Shown here: positions 1 to 9,974 of the stretch, piece after piece
Layout of the letters: every line of letters starts with the position of its first letter
How positions within the stretch are numbered: the first letter of the stretch is position 1
Virus record (IMG/VR): IMGVR_UViG_2061766007_000328
DNA: 38,331 bases
Direction: 5' to 3' (one strand)
Origin: an uncultured virus (IMG/VR IMGVR_UViG_2061766007_000328)
Taxonomy: Duplodnaviria; Heunggongvirae; Uroviricota; Caudoviricetes; Crassvirales
The notes under the pieces: model-generated
What the model was told of the DNA's origin: nothing
The model's database searches: none
The model's input: the letters and a program-made list of their open reading frames with translations, nothing else
Program-made: the position numbers and the translations under genes

Positions 1-115
1 GGAGCCGTCCCACCCGTTACCAGCAAGCGTCTCGTCAATGATAACGCATAACGAATGGCAGCTCCTACAGTAATAGACGTAATCCTCAGGAAGTTCAGGC
101 AATAAGTCAGACATA
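1..115 (-). CDS. Fragment of CxxC...CxxC Zn-ribbon protein (variant copy of 2116..2340)
   Basis: 1-126 nearly identical to 2227-2352. Confidence 0.7.
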
Positions 116-136
116 TCAATCCTCTTNNNNNNNNNN

Positions 137-493
137 CACGAACTCGATGTCGTTGTTCTGGATGAAGAGATGCTTCTTACCGTCAAGGACAATAGCAGGA
201 ATGTCGTACTCCGCATTCATGTCGTCCTTCTGCACATTGTTCTCACCTATAGCCCCCGGAAGATGCTTGACCATCTTGTAGCGCTTGAAATTGATGCATA
301 CGATCTCTCCGGGCTTTACATCGGTGACCATCTTCCCTACCGCCACTACACGCTGGTAGTTGTTAAGGGAACCTTCCATCTTCGTCACGTCCAGAAGGAG
401 TCCTCCGGGAGCAGCGACTTCTCCAACGTAAGTGTTCGCCGTTGTAATCACACCCGTGAAAAGCGGGCGTATCTTCTTAATGTTGAATGCCAT
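137..493 (-). CDS. GroES/Cpn10-like protein, variant copy truncated by gap
   Basis: IKKIRPLF...VVAVG...VKPGEIV pattern; inverted near-copy of 9448..9849. Confidence 0.65.
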
Positions 494-496
494 AAT

Positions 497-965
497 CTAT
501 TTGTTCTCTTTTGGTATCACCTGTCGGGCTGATTTCTTACCATCCTGCCCGACAAGCCATACGCGTTCATATAATTCACTGTTCTTGAGTTTCCTTACCG
601 GAGAAGGAGTCCTACCGGAGAGGATTTCTGCAGCCATGTTCTCGACCTCACTCTGCGATAGCCTGCTCCTGTAGGAACTCCGAGGGACTTGTGTAATCTC
701 GCGTGATTCGTTTGCCCTCCATTTCAGATACCTGCTGTATGCCGGACCTATCCTGCCTATGTATGGTATGTTCCTCACCACAGCATACTCCGAAAACTTC
801 TCNNNNNNNNNNNNNNNNNNNNNNNNNNNNNNNNNNNNNNNNNNNNNNNNNNNNNNNNNNNNNNNNNNNNNNNNNNNNNNNNNNNNNNNNNNNNNNNNNN
901 NNNNNNNNNNNNNNNNNNNNNNNNNNNNNNNNGTACTCCCGCTCGTCAACAAGGTTCCTAACCAT
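497..965 (-). CDS. IHF/HU-like DNA-binding protein, variant copy with gap
   Basis: Flanks match 8977..9444 (MVRNLVDEREY...VIPKENK). Confidence 0.6.
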
Positions 966-1359
966 CTCTCCTGATAGGGTTCGTTGAAGAAGACCAGTCG
1001 AAGAGAATGCTGAGAAGATACCTCGGCTCGTCAGTCATGTGCGGAAGATACTGCTTGTTTATCCCTCCGTCAACGATGATTCCGACCTCACGGAGTTTGC
1101 CTATTATCATGCCGAAGTATTCCTTGGACATACCGAGGGAATCCCTCATGTCCTTGCGTGAAGTCTGAGACCACAATACCTCCTCAAGCACAGCAGTGTC
1201 CGATATGCTCTTGCTGAGCTTTACATACTGCGCTATTATCCTTGCCGCGACATCCCTCTCCCGTGACGTGAGTTTGTGGAAAGGCGCAAGGAACTCCACC
1301 CACAGACGGAAGAAGGAATCGGCGGTACACTTCAGGGGAATGAGATTATTTGTTTTCAT
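958..1359 (-). CDS. Winged-HTH-like DNA-binding protein
   Basis: Start MKTNNL; RKDMRDSLGMSKEYFGMIIGKLREVGII has HTH-wing pattern. Confidence 0.55.
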   Translation of the reverse strand: MKTNNLIPLKCTADSFFRLWVEFLAPFHKLTSRERDVAARIIAQYVKLSKSISDTAVLEEVLWSQTSRKDMRDSLGMSKEYFGMIIGKLREVGIIVDGGINKQYLPHMTDEPRYLLSILFDWSSSTNPIRRDG

Positions 1360-1691
1360 CCTTCTCCTTAGGCTCTGCAAACTGCTGCATGAAGGACATC
1401 ACAGCCGCCTGTATATTCTTCTTCACGAAATCCACGAACTGCGAATCGTAATTTTCCTTGTGATCCATCACCCTGAACAGGAGGTCAAGGGTGAAAGACG
1501 TGGTGTCGAAACTCTGAAGCTGACGCTCCAGCATCTGATTGCGCTGGGAAAGTCCCGCTGCAAGTTCCTTGAGTNNNNNNNNNNTGCTCCAGCATCTGAT
1601 TGCGCTGGGAAAGTCCCGCTGCAAGTTCCTTGAGTTTTTCGTAGGACAGCTTCTCCTGAGCCTGTCCGGCTTTTGTTTTCTTTTCTTCCAT
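1346..1691 (-). CDS. Hypothetical coiled-coil protein (internal gap with duplicated overlap)
   Basis: MEEKKTK...KLSYEKLKELAAGLSQRNQMLERQLQ...DENK rebuilt across gap at 1575-1584. Confidence 0.65.
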
Positions 1692-1711
1692 AGTCAAAAT
1701 ATGCTTTGAAA

Positions 1712-2128
1712 TTATCTGTATCTCGTCTTGAGCCTGGCGCTGCGTCTTCCTGAACCACGACGCTTGCCAGTCTTGTATATAGCCTTGCTGCCCTTCTGCA
1801 GAACCCAGTCAAGCCATTCCACCTCTTCGATGTCCGGCATTGACGTGCAGTCCAGCATCCAGCAGTATGAACCGCACACAAGGCCCATCAGGTCTAACCG
1901 CAACCTTTTTTCAAGATGAACTCCGGTCCCGTATACTGGTTCTGAAAACACGAAACCGAACTCGTGTACTCTCTCGGTTCTGCGGAGAATCCTACTGAGC
2001 CTGCGATGCGCAGCACGTCCCGTAGCGGCATTATAGTCGTTTCTGAATCTGCAATAGACGTCCTCCGGTCCCGTACATAGTCTATCTCCATAGTAGAACT
2101 CTCCGTCTATCTTAGTTATTTGTTCCAT
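1712..2128 (-). CDS. Hypothetical protein
   Basis: 138-aa ORF overlapping upstream gene in operon. Confidence 0.6.
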   Translation of the reverse strand: MEQITKIDGEFYYGDRLCTGPEDVYCRFRNDYNAATGRAAHRRLSRILRRTERVHEFGFVFSEPVYGTGVHLEKRLRLDLMGLVCGSYCWMLDCTSMPDIEEVEWLDWVLQKGSKAIYKTGKRRGSGRRSARLKTRYR

Positions 2129-2340
2129 TCTATCTCCTCACGCTTCTTCTTCCTCCTTTCCTCTTCCTCAAGCCACTCGTCAATGTGGCACGTAGCAATG
2201 TCAGTGGAGTAGCATTTACCGCAGTATGAGCCGTCCCACCCGTTACCAGCAAGCGTCTCGTCAATGATGACGCATAACGAATGGCAGCTCCTACAGTAAT
2301 ATACGTAATCCTCAGGAAGTTCAGGCAATAAGTCAGACAT
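2116..2340 (-). CDS. Small Zn-ribbon protein
   Basis: YCRSCHSL...YCGKCYST. Confidence 0.7.
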   Translation of the reverse strand: MSDLLPELPEDYVYYCRSCHSLCVIIDETLAGNGWDGSYCGKCYSTDIATCHIDEWLEEEERRKKKREEIEWNK

Positions 2341-2341
2341 A

Positions 2342-2485
2342 TCAATCCTCTTCGTAGTAGGTTACTGTATATGTTCCGTCCTTCTCCTGGAACACACTGA
2401 TAATCTGTTCTTTTGGTATGCCGCGCTTGTTGACCTCTGTCTCAAGCTTACGTTTGTCGTCGGCAGAAAGTATACGCATTCTCAT
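2342..2485 (-). CDS. 47-aa hypothetical protein (not in ORF track)
   Basis: MRMRILSADDKRKLETEVNKRGIPKEQIISVFQEKDGTYTVTYYEED*, between promoter and next ATG. Confidence 0.65.
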   Translation of the reverse strand: MRMRILSADDKRKLETEVNKRGIPKEQIISVFQEKDGTYTVTYYEED

Positions 2486-2506
2486 ATTGTAAGGTCATTA
2501 GTTGTA

Positions 2507-2550
2507 CAAATATAAGAATGTTTATTTTATTTTGAAACACTTTTGTTTCA
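2507..2550 (-). promoter_or_regulatory. Bacteroidota-type promoter with overlapping palindromic operator
   Basis: TATATTTG (-7, minus strand, 2507-2514); TGAAACA-cttt-TGTTTCA at 2533-2550. Confidence 0.6.
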
Positions 2551-2574
2551 TTTGTTGATAGTAAATTGATTACG

Positions 2575-5500
2575 CTAATTCTTTTTTACGTTTTTGGCTC
2601 TAAGAATAGCGGCTTTTACCTCATCATTGTTGCCATACACGTTGCGTAGGCGGTTGAGGATGCCGCCGTAGTCCATAGGAGTAGAGAAAAGGTTACGCTC
2701 ATAGTCCCTGCGCTTTCTCAGACCACGGTTCTTCTTGTCGTTATAGCCGAAATCTATGTTGTTGACCACAGTGTCAAGGTCAAAGTTCTTCAGAGCCTCC
2801 TGCATAGCCGGAGACTTACGCGTATATCCACCGTGACCTATGTTGTAGTAGTAACTGAACAGGGCATCCCTCTGGTTCTGGTTGAGCTTGTCGAAGTTTG
2901 GCGTGGCATTGATGAACATCGGAACCCTCCTGCTTACGGTATCCGCAAAATACTGGTCAGCCTCTGCCTGCGTCATGCCATTAGGGAACCTCTTCCTGAC
3001 ATCATCACCAGTAAAGCCGTAGCCTATGGTCCATACGCCATTGCCGTCCTGATACCATTGGTCACGAAACGCTTCTGTGTCCTTGATGTACTTGAGTATA
3101 TCGTCAGACGGGACATAGTTGCTCTGGACAACTGATGACTGCCCTGCTGCGACTGTCGGTTCTGTTGCCCGCATGAGATTGTTGAAAGGCCCAGGAACAA
3201 ATGTATCGCCTTCCCAGTGACCTACTCCTTCATGACCCTTGGCATAGATGCTATCGGTACTGAACGTAGGGTGATGCGGCTGTTTCCACGTATCCGGGAA
3301 ATGGAAGTCAGGGGAAGATACGTCAGCATCCCTGTTGTTGAGCCAGTAACCACGGTAATCGTATGCGTGAGAGTACGCATCCGGATTCGGATCTAACCCA
3401 AGAGTTGCTGCAGCATTGGCATACCAGTCCTGGAATTTCTTTTCTCTCCTGTCGCCCAGTTCTGTTACGAAGTATTTGCCGTTGCGCTTTCCTTTTATCC
3501 TTCCACCGTTCGCGTATTCTAAATTATTATATAGCGAGTCAATATCTGGGTCAGGGACCAATTTCCACTCGTCCTTATTATGATATCTTCTATCATAATA
3601 TTCAAAAGGCTTTCCTAAGCCAAAATGAAGCGTAGACTTCCCTTGGCCAAGACCTATATCCCACAAATCATAGAAACTCCTATATTCTGGAGTACCATAA
3701 TTTGCAAAGTTGCCTAACCCGCTGATATTCCCATAATCGCGTGTTTGAAATTTTCCAACATAGTTCATAGGAATAAATCCCTCAGATATCTTATCGTGTT
3801 CTCTAAGCTCATCAGCATGTTTGTCAAAATAATTTGACCAAGCAGCAATATTTGAGTCGGCTTTACTGGTCGCATAATCTAACCCATACTTATTGGCGTC
3901 TGAGTAAAAATCTGAACTTAAATAATCATCTCCGATTTTCTTAAGCCTCTTATATTCATTTATTACAGCATTGTTCTGTATGCCCTTATTTCCATACGGA
4001 TTCCGATAAAAAGTATAGTAGTAATCAGCACCTCCATTTGTGTTAGACGGAAGATATTTAGAGATTTTCACTGGGGCGCCAAACCCTTTTCTGTCAGATA
4101 TCTCCTGGTTCTTTTCTATTGGATACCCCAAATAATACCGCAACTGATTATAGTGAGTTGAATTTTCCGGCGAATAGTCTTCTTCTCCTGCACGCTGATT
4201 ATGATTAAGCACTAGTGCGTCTATTGCTTGATTAGCATCGTAGTCTTCATAGAAAGCAAGATTATTTAATGCCCTTTTAGAAATAAGTGTTTTATTCTGC
4301 GTTTGTTCATTAGTTATACCATACGTATCTAGCTCCTCCTGTTTCTCCTTCCTTAATTCAGGATTAGTAAACTCAGGATACTTTCTCTCCCATGCAGCAG
4401 CCTTACCAGACGCAACATCTTCTTTATATTGCCTCCCGTGTTCTCCCTCATAATCAGTGTTATAGTACCTGCCGTTCCAAAAGAATGTTTTCTGCCCTTT
4501 TTTGCGAGCATCTTTGTATGCCTCATCAAAAGTGTACTCCTTCCCCGAATATCTATCTGCGGTTAAAACCTCAGAAACAACGTCCACATTATTTACAAGC
4601 GGAGACCTGCCCTTAAGTTCAGCAGCTTTAGCCGCAATAGCCGCCGCACCGTATGCAGCAATAAGATCGCGCAATCTTTTTGATCCACTTTCGCCCCCAC
4701 CCCGAAACACATTTTTATCAGGATACTGCTGAAGGAAACCGCCGTCTTCGTGCCACTTGGCTGAATTCCTAGCGAAGTTGGCTTTGCGTACCATAGCAGG
4801 CGAATAGTTCTCCTTATGAGCAAGAACCTGCGACGCAAACGCCTGTACGGATTTACCATGCTTTGTCGCAGCAGCAGTGAATGTGCCCCGCTTGGACGGC
4901 TTGATGTGAATTGAACCCCCATCCTCCAAAAGAGTAGGGTCTTGTAGAGCAAACTTGAAACTTGAACCCGGATGTACAATTTTTGGGAATCCACCACGTT
5001 CCGGGTTCCATATAACTTCATCACCAACACCTCCGTCGTGTATACCCCTAAGAACAACACCTGGATAGTCCATACCAGGTGTATCAGAAACCGGCTTGCC
5101 AAGTAACCTTGATATATCATCGGTACTATGTATTTTATAACCATCCAATATCAATGGGTTATTGGATGTCATTTTAGCATAATCACCGCTAACACCGGGT
5201 ACATTACCATAATACTTTTGCATCAAAGTGATATTCTCAGGAGTCGGTTCAAATAGTTCTGACCAGTTCTGGCCCCTAACCGTGCTTATTTCCCGCAGTT
5301 TCCCCTTCGGAATAGTAAGCAAGTACATGTTTGGAATACCACCTTCTGTACTATAAGCCGAAGGAGTTTTTAGAGATGCGTTATAATTGAATCCCGATTT
5401 ATATCCTGCAGCTAAGTCGTGCGATCCACCAAAAAAGCTATGGTACCCGCGCAACCCACTCTGCCATCCAGGAACCGAAGTAAACCCACGCCAGAAATAA

Positions 5501-6798
5501 TCAACGCCTTCAGGATAAGCTTTCTTTGCTGCGTCTGTCCTAAGAGCCGCCGCCCACCAGTCCGGTATAGCAACCGGATCTCCGGATATGTCTCGTGCTA
5601 TTGTTTCAAGCGGCTCCATTTCTCCACGATTAACCATATCAAGTATCTGCTGCACCTGGATATGTTCCGGGGTACTAACCATAATATTATGTGGTATGGT
5701 TCGCATTACTTTGCCCTCATTCGGTGCAATTGTAGATGCTGATACTAAAGGTTGATTATATTCCATTGGTGTCATCCCAACCAACGGAGCGCTATTTGAT
5801 GATGGAGCAGCCTGTGTTACGCCTGCAGCAGATGACGCATTTGCCGAAGCACTTGCTAGTTTTTCGTTCTCGTAGAAAAGATTGAGATACGCCTGTTCTG
5901 GAGTAATGTTCTTGGAGACAGACTCATCTATAATACTATTAAACTGATTCTCCGACAGGTTAGGAAAACTCTCTTTTTTTAAGTGTTGGTACTTCAATGT
6001 CGGATCTGCCTTATGCTTCGCATTAGCTTCCGCCATTGTTTTCCAGTATTCCTGAGCAGACAAGCCAGCAGCTTCAGCCTGGTCACCAATAATGTCTGCC
6101 TCATACTCGGGCACATACTTGAAAGCGGTTGCCGGGCTGTCAGGATAGCCAGCAACCTTATTAAAATAATGCTCGTGCCCGGCAAGCCAGTTCTCCCACG
6201 CCTTTTGGTCATAACCCGCAGATTCTAAAGGACTCAACGGCTTCAACGCTGCAGAACCAGCAGTACTTATACTCTCAACCGGTTCAAGTTTGCCGTCCTT
6301 GAGATACATAGGGCCTTGCCAGGTCATAAGCAAAGTCTCTCCAGTATCTACATCCTTTCCCACACCGAGACCATTTGCTTTCGCATATTGCTTCAGACCC
6401 GATGCCTTCTTCTTTGCCGCACTCTCTGCCACCTTCTTCTCTATAGCCTTACTTATTCCTTTAGTTAACGCCTGCGGAGCCAGTGTCAATCCCATCATAG
6501 TCACACCAGGCAACACCTGTCCATTCGCCATCATCTGACCAGCCTCGTACATCTGCATCGGGTCACCGGCATCAGTGTAACTCATTATCTCCTGCTCCAT
6601 AGGAACAAGAGGCTCATCCTTTATCTCTCCAGGTAACCTCTGATTAGCAATCTTCTCAGATACCCTGTCGAACATCTTCTGCTCTCTGCGGCTGGCAATG
6701 TTATCCTTGGCGGAACGAACCTTATCTACTCCGTATTTATTGATAAGCTCCTGTAAGAGCAATGGATTAACTGGCATAACAAATCTACTATTAGTCAC
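2575..6798 (-). CDS. Large multidomain putative virion/ejected protein with C-terminal GH24 lysozyme and central ART-like domain
   Basis: 1407 aa (alternative ATG at 6777); IKDTEAFRDQWYQDGNGVWTIGYG...DALFSYYYNIG is a phage lysozyme; repeated xxGG motifs. Confidence 0.75.
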   Translation of the reverse strand: MTNSRFVMPVNPLLLQELINKYGVDKVRSAKDNIASRREQKMFDRVSEKIANQRLPGEIKDEPLVPMEQEIMSYTDAGDPMQMYEAGQMMANGQVLPGVTMMGLTLAPQALTKGISKAIEKKVAESAAKKKASGLKQYAKANGLGVGKDVDTGETLLMTWQGPMYLKDGKLEPVESISTAGSAALKPLSPLESAGYDQKAWENWLAGHEHYFNKVAGYPDSPATAFKYVPEYEADIIGDQAEAAGLSAQEYWKTMAEANAKHKADPTLKYQHLKKESFPNLSENQFNSIIDESVSKNITPEQAYLNLFYENEKLASASANASSAAGVTQAAPSSNSAPLVGMTPMEYNQPLVSASTIAPNEGKVMRTIPHNIMVSTPEHIQVQQILDMVNRGEMEPLETIARDISGDPVAIPDWWAAALRTDAAKKAYPEGVDYFWRGFTSVPGWQSGLRGYHSFFGGSHDLAAGYKSGFNYNASLKTPSAYSTEGGIPNMYLLTIPKGKLREISTVRGQNWSELFEPTPENITLMQKYYGNVPGVSGDYAKMTSNNPLILDGYKIHSTDDISRLLGKPVSDTPGMDYPGVVLRGIHDGGVGDEVIWNPERGGFPKIVHPGSSFKFALQDPTLLEDGGSIHIKPSKRGTFTAAATKHGKSVQAFASQVLAHKENYSPAMVRKANFARNSAKWHEDGGFLQQYPDKNVFRGGGESGSKRLRDLIAAYGAAAIAAKAAELKGRSPLVNNVDVVSEVLTADRYSGKEYTFDEAYKDARKKGQKTFFWNGRYYNTDYEGEHGRQYKEDVASGKAAAWERKYPEFTNPELRKEKQEELDTYGITNEQTQNKTLISKRALNNLAFYEDYDANQAIDALVLNHNQRAGEEDYSPENSTHYNQLRYYLGYPIEKNQEISDRKGFGAPVKISKYLPSNTNGGADYYYTFYRNPYGNKGIQNNAVINEYKRLKKIGDDYLSSDFYSDANKYGLDYATSKADSNIAAWSNYFDKHADELREHDKISEGFIPMNYVGKFQTRDYGNISGLGNFANYGTPEYRSFYDLWDIGLGQGKSTLHFGLGKPFEYYDRRYHNKDEWKLVPDPDIDSLYNNLEYANGGRIKGKRNGKYFVTELGDRREKKFQDWYANAAATLGLDPNPDAYSHAYDYRGYWLNNRDADVSSPDFHFPDTWKQPHHPTFSTDSIYAKGHEGVGHWEGDTFVPGPFNNLMRATEPTVAAGQSSVVQSNYVPSDDILKYIKDTEAFRDQWYQDGNGVWTIGYGFTGDDVRKRFPNGMTQAEADQYFADTVSRRVPMFINATPNFDKLNQNQRDALFSYYYNIGHGGYTRKSPAMQEALKNFDLDTVVNNIDFGYNDKKNRGLRKRRDYERNLFSTPMDYGGILNRLRNVYGNNDEVKAAILRAKNVKKN

Positions 6799-7086
6799 GC
6801 AAGTATAAGAAAACCAATGCCCGATAACGCATAAATAAGGAAAACACTTGCCCCAGGTAATACATTCCCTGTGAAAACATGCCCCCGCCAGCCTGTATAT
6901 AGGAAAGATACACCCCCGCCTGTAATATGGCGGAAAAATTTTGAGCTATACCACTGTGTATTTCTTCATTTCGAAAGATGAAATAAGTGTGAGAGGAGGA
7001 GGTACCCCGAGCTAACCCCACCGTCAATGTTAGGGTGGGGGATATACCCGCCACCTGTAAACGTTTAACTTCTAAAACTCAGCAAT

Positions 7087-7470
7087 ATGGCAAAGTTTGA
7101 AAACACCGGCACAAGGTATCAGCAGTACGCGAATGACTTCGCTCTTGACAACAAGGCGCAGATTACTCGCCTCGTTCCTATCATCAAGGAGTTCGATGGG
7201 ACTACCAAGGTCTACTTCGAAGTCACCTTCAAGGAGGGTAGGACTTACTGGCCTTTCATCTTCTTCTGCAAGTTCCTGCCTACTGAGGAGGACATCACCA
7301 AGCTCAAGGAGGGAAAGACCAAGGACCTCTTCCTCCAGTGGGGCAGAATGTCTGCAGAGGATGACTGGGGAAAGCCCAAGGTTCTCGCCATCGTCGATGA
7401 GGACGGTGAAGAGTGGCAGCTGCAGGGAGAGCAGGATGTCTATCAGGGTGACGAGGCCGAGACCGTATAA
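7087..7470 (+). CDS. Hypothetical protein, first gene of rightward transcription unit
   Basis: 127-aa ORF with strong codon bias (AAG, TTC, GAG), followed by a hairpin. Confidence 0.75.
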   Translation: MAKFENTGTRYQQYANDFALDNKAQITRLVPIIKEFDGTTKVYFEVTFKEGRTYWPFIFFCKFLPTEEDITKLKEGKTKDLFLQWGRMSAEDDWGKPKVLAIVDEDGEEWQLQGEQDVYQGDEAETV

Positions 7471-7475
7471 ACAGG

Positions 7476-7500
7476 AGGCACCACAACGGTGCCCTTTCCT
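7476..7500 (+). terminator. Putative intrinsic terminator
   Basis: ggcacc-acaac-ggtgcc followed by ctttcct; variant copy at about 12159-12183. Confidence 0.45.
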
Positions 7501-8572
7501 GCTCAGTAGTCCGAGTCATTAGGCAAGTTTTTCCCGCGCGTGTAATCTTTTGATTTTTTCANNNNNNNNNNNNNNNNNNNNNNNNNNNNNNNNNNNNNNN
7601 NNNNNNNNNNNNNNNNNNNNNNNNNNNNNNNNNNNNNNNNNNNNNNNNNNNNNNNNNNNNNNNNNNNNNNNNNNNNNNNNNNNNNNNNNNNNNNNNNNNN
7701 NNNNNNNNNNNNNNNNNNNNNNNNNNNNNNNNNNNNNNNNNNNNNNNNNNNNNNNNNNNNNNNNNNNNNNNNNNNNNNNNNNNNNNNNNNNNNNNNNNNN
7801 NNNNNNNNNNNNNNNNNNNNNNNNNNNNNNNNNNNNNNNNNNNNNNNNNNNNNNNNNNNNNNNNNNNNNNNNNNNNNNNNNNNNNNNNNNNNNNNNNNNN
7901 NNNNNNNNNNNNNNNNNNNNNNNNNNNNNNNNNNNNNNNNNNNNNNNNNNNNNNNNNNNNNNNNNNNNNNNNNNNNNNNNNNNNNNNNNNNNNNNNNNNN
8001 NNNNNNNNNNNNNNNNNNNNNNNNNNNNNNNNNNNNNNNNNNNNNNNNNNNNNNNNNNNNNNNNNNNNNNNNNNNNNNNNNNNNNNNNNNNNNNNNNNNN
8101 NNNNNNNNNNNNNNNNNNNNNNNNNNNNNNNNNNNNNNNNNNNNNNNNNNNNNNNNNNNNNNNNNNNNNNNNNNNNNNNNNNNNNNNNNNNNNNNNNNNN
8201 NNNNNNNNNNNNNNNNNNNNNNNNNNNNNNNNNNNNNNNNNNNNNNNNNNNNNNNNNNNNNNNNNNNNNNNNNNNNNNNNNNNNNNNNNNNNNNNNNNNN
8301 NNNNNNNNNNNNNNNNNNNNNNNNNNNNNNNNNNNNNNNNNNNNNNNNNNNNNNNNNNNNNNNNNNNNNNNNNNNNNNNNNNNNNNNNNNNNNNNNNNNN
8401 NNNNNNNNNNNNNNNNNNNNNNNNNNNNNNNNNNNNNNNNNNNNNNNNNNNNNNNNNNNNNNNNNNNNNNNNNNNNNNNNNNNNNNNNNNNNNNNNNNNN
8501 NNNNNNNNNNNNNNNNNNNNNNNNNNNNNNNNNCGCTACCGAAAATGGAATAATCATCTACAAGAAATAGAT

Positions 8573-8940
8573 ATGGAAGAGATAAAGACCCTTTCTTTCT
8601 TTGGTGATAACGGATTGTCCAGCACATCCGCCAACCATGTCGCCAATCTTGCCAAGGAGGCGGTACGTAAGTATCGCTATGCCCTTGAGAATATCAACTT
8701 CTGCAAGGAGAGTATTTCCGTCATAGGAGATAAGACCGCTACCGTTGTGGAAGAGGGAACAGACTATGATACTTTGCAGAGTATTCCTGGTATCATTCAG
8801 AAGATAGCATCTGCCAATTCCCTTATTGCTTTTCTTCGTGAGGCAATCAAGGAGAAGGAGCGTAGGTTCAAAGAGGCCAAGGAGTATGTCGATGTTGACA
8901 GGAGGAAAGCGCTCGATGCTGAAAAGATCGAGTTAGGAGT
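8573..8940 (+). CDS. N-terminal fragment of coiled-coil protein (variant of 14125..15060)
   Basis: MEEIKTLSFFGDNGLSSTSANH identical start. Confidence 0.7.
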
Positions 8941-8976
8941 NNNNNNNNNNCTCTTCCACGAACCCTATCAGGAGAG

Positions 8977-9444
8977 ATGGCTAGGAACCTTGTTGACGAG
9001 CGGGAGTATAGGAAGATATCGGAAGAGCTAGGAGTTCCGGTGGATTCCGTAAGGGCTGCGGTGAATTCGTTTTTCTCGACTATCATTGACGACGCACGCT
9101 CTCTTCCGTTCGACAACTACAAGAAAATCTTTACCAGGGAGAAGTTTTCGGAGTATGCTGTGGTGAGGAACATACCATACATAGGCAGAATAGGTCCGGC
9201 ATACAGCAGGTATCTGAAATGGAGGGCAAACGAATCACGTGAGATTACACAAGTTCCTCGGAGTTCCTACAGGAGCAGGCTATCGCAGAGTGAGGTCGAG
9301 AACATGGCTGCTGAAATCCTCTCGGGTAGGACTCCTTCTCCGGTAAGGAAACTAAAGAACAGTGAATTATATGAACGCGTATGGCTTGTCGGGCAGGATG
9401 GGAAGAAATCAGCCCGACAGGTGATACCAAAAGAGAACAAATAG
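8977..9444 (+). CDS. IHF/HU-like DNA-binding protein
   Basis: YRKISEELGVPVDSVRAAVNSFF...NIPYIGRIG resembles HU/IHF helices plus beta strand; such genes are typical of crAss-like virion blocks. Confidence 0.6.
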   Translation: MARNLVDEREYRKISEELGVPVDSVRAAVNSFFSTIIDDARSLPFDNYKKIFTREKFSEYAVVRNIPYIGRIGPAYSRYLKWRANESREITQVPRSSYRSRLSQSEVENMAAEILSGRTPSPVRKLKNSELYERVWLVGQDGKKSARQVIPKENK

Positions 9445-9447
9445 ATT

Positions 9448-9849
9448 ATGGCATTCAACATTAAGAAGATACGCCCGCTTTTTACCGGCGTGATTACTAC
9501 CGCTAATACCTACGTTGGCGAGGTCGCTGCTCCAGGTGGTCTTATACTTGACGTAAGGAAGATGGAAGGTACTATTAACAATTTCCAGAGGGTAGTTGCG
9601 GTTGGCAACATGGTCACTGACGTAAAGCCTGGAGAGATTGTTTGTATCAATTTCAAGCGTTACAAGATGGTTCAGCACCTACCCGGTGCAGTAGGCGAGA
9701 ACAACGTGCAGAAGGACGACATGAACGCTACGTATGACATTCCGGCTATTGAAATCAACGGTAAGAAGCATCTGTTCCTCCAGAACAACGACATCGAGTT
9801 CGTAGTAGAGGAGTATGACGGTGTAGATGACGGAGGATTGCTGCAGTAA
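9448..9849 (+). CDS. GroES/Cpn10-like co-chaperonin
   Basis: IRPLF, VVAVG, VKPGEIV, INGKKHLFLQNNDIEFVVE parallel GroES motifs, with an insertion. Confidence 0.65.
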   Translation: MAFNIKKIRPLFTGVITTANTYVGEVAAPGGLILDVRKMEGTINNFQRVVAVGNMVTDVKPGEIVCINFKRYKMVQHLPGAVGENNVQKDDMNATYDIPAIEINGKKHLFLQNNDIEFVVEEYDGVDDGGLLQ

Positions 9850-9974
9850 TGTTCACACAAGTACCATTGCCTACAGTTGACGAGATGGAGGACTTGCACA
9901 TAAGGCTCGTCATAGAGAAACTGCAGAAGGAACAGGAAGAAAAGGAGAAGGACGATGAAACTGATAGAGTTTGA
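9849..9974 (+). CDS. 41-aa hypothetical protein (not in ORF track)
   Basis: TAATG coupling; MFTQVPLPTVDEMEDLHIRLVIEKLQKEQEEKEKDDETDRV*. Confidence 0.5.
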   Translation: MFTQVPLPTVDEMEDLHIRLVIEKLQKEQEEKEKDDETDRV

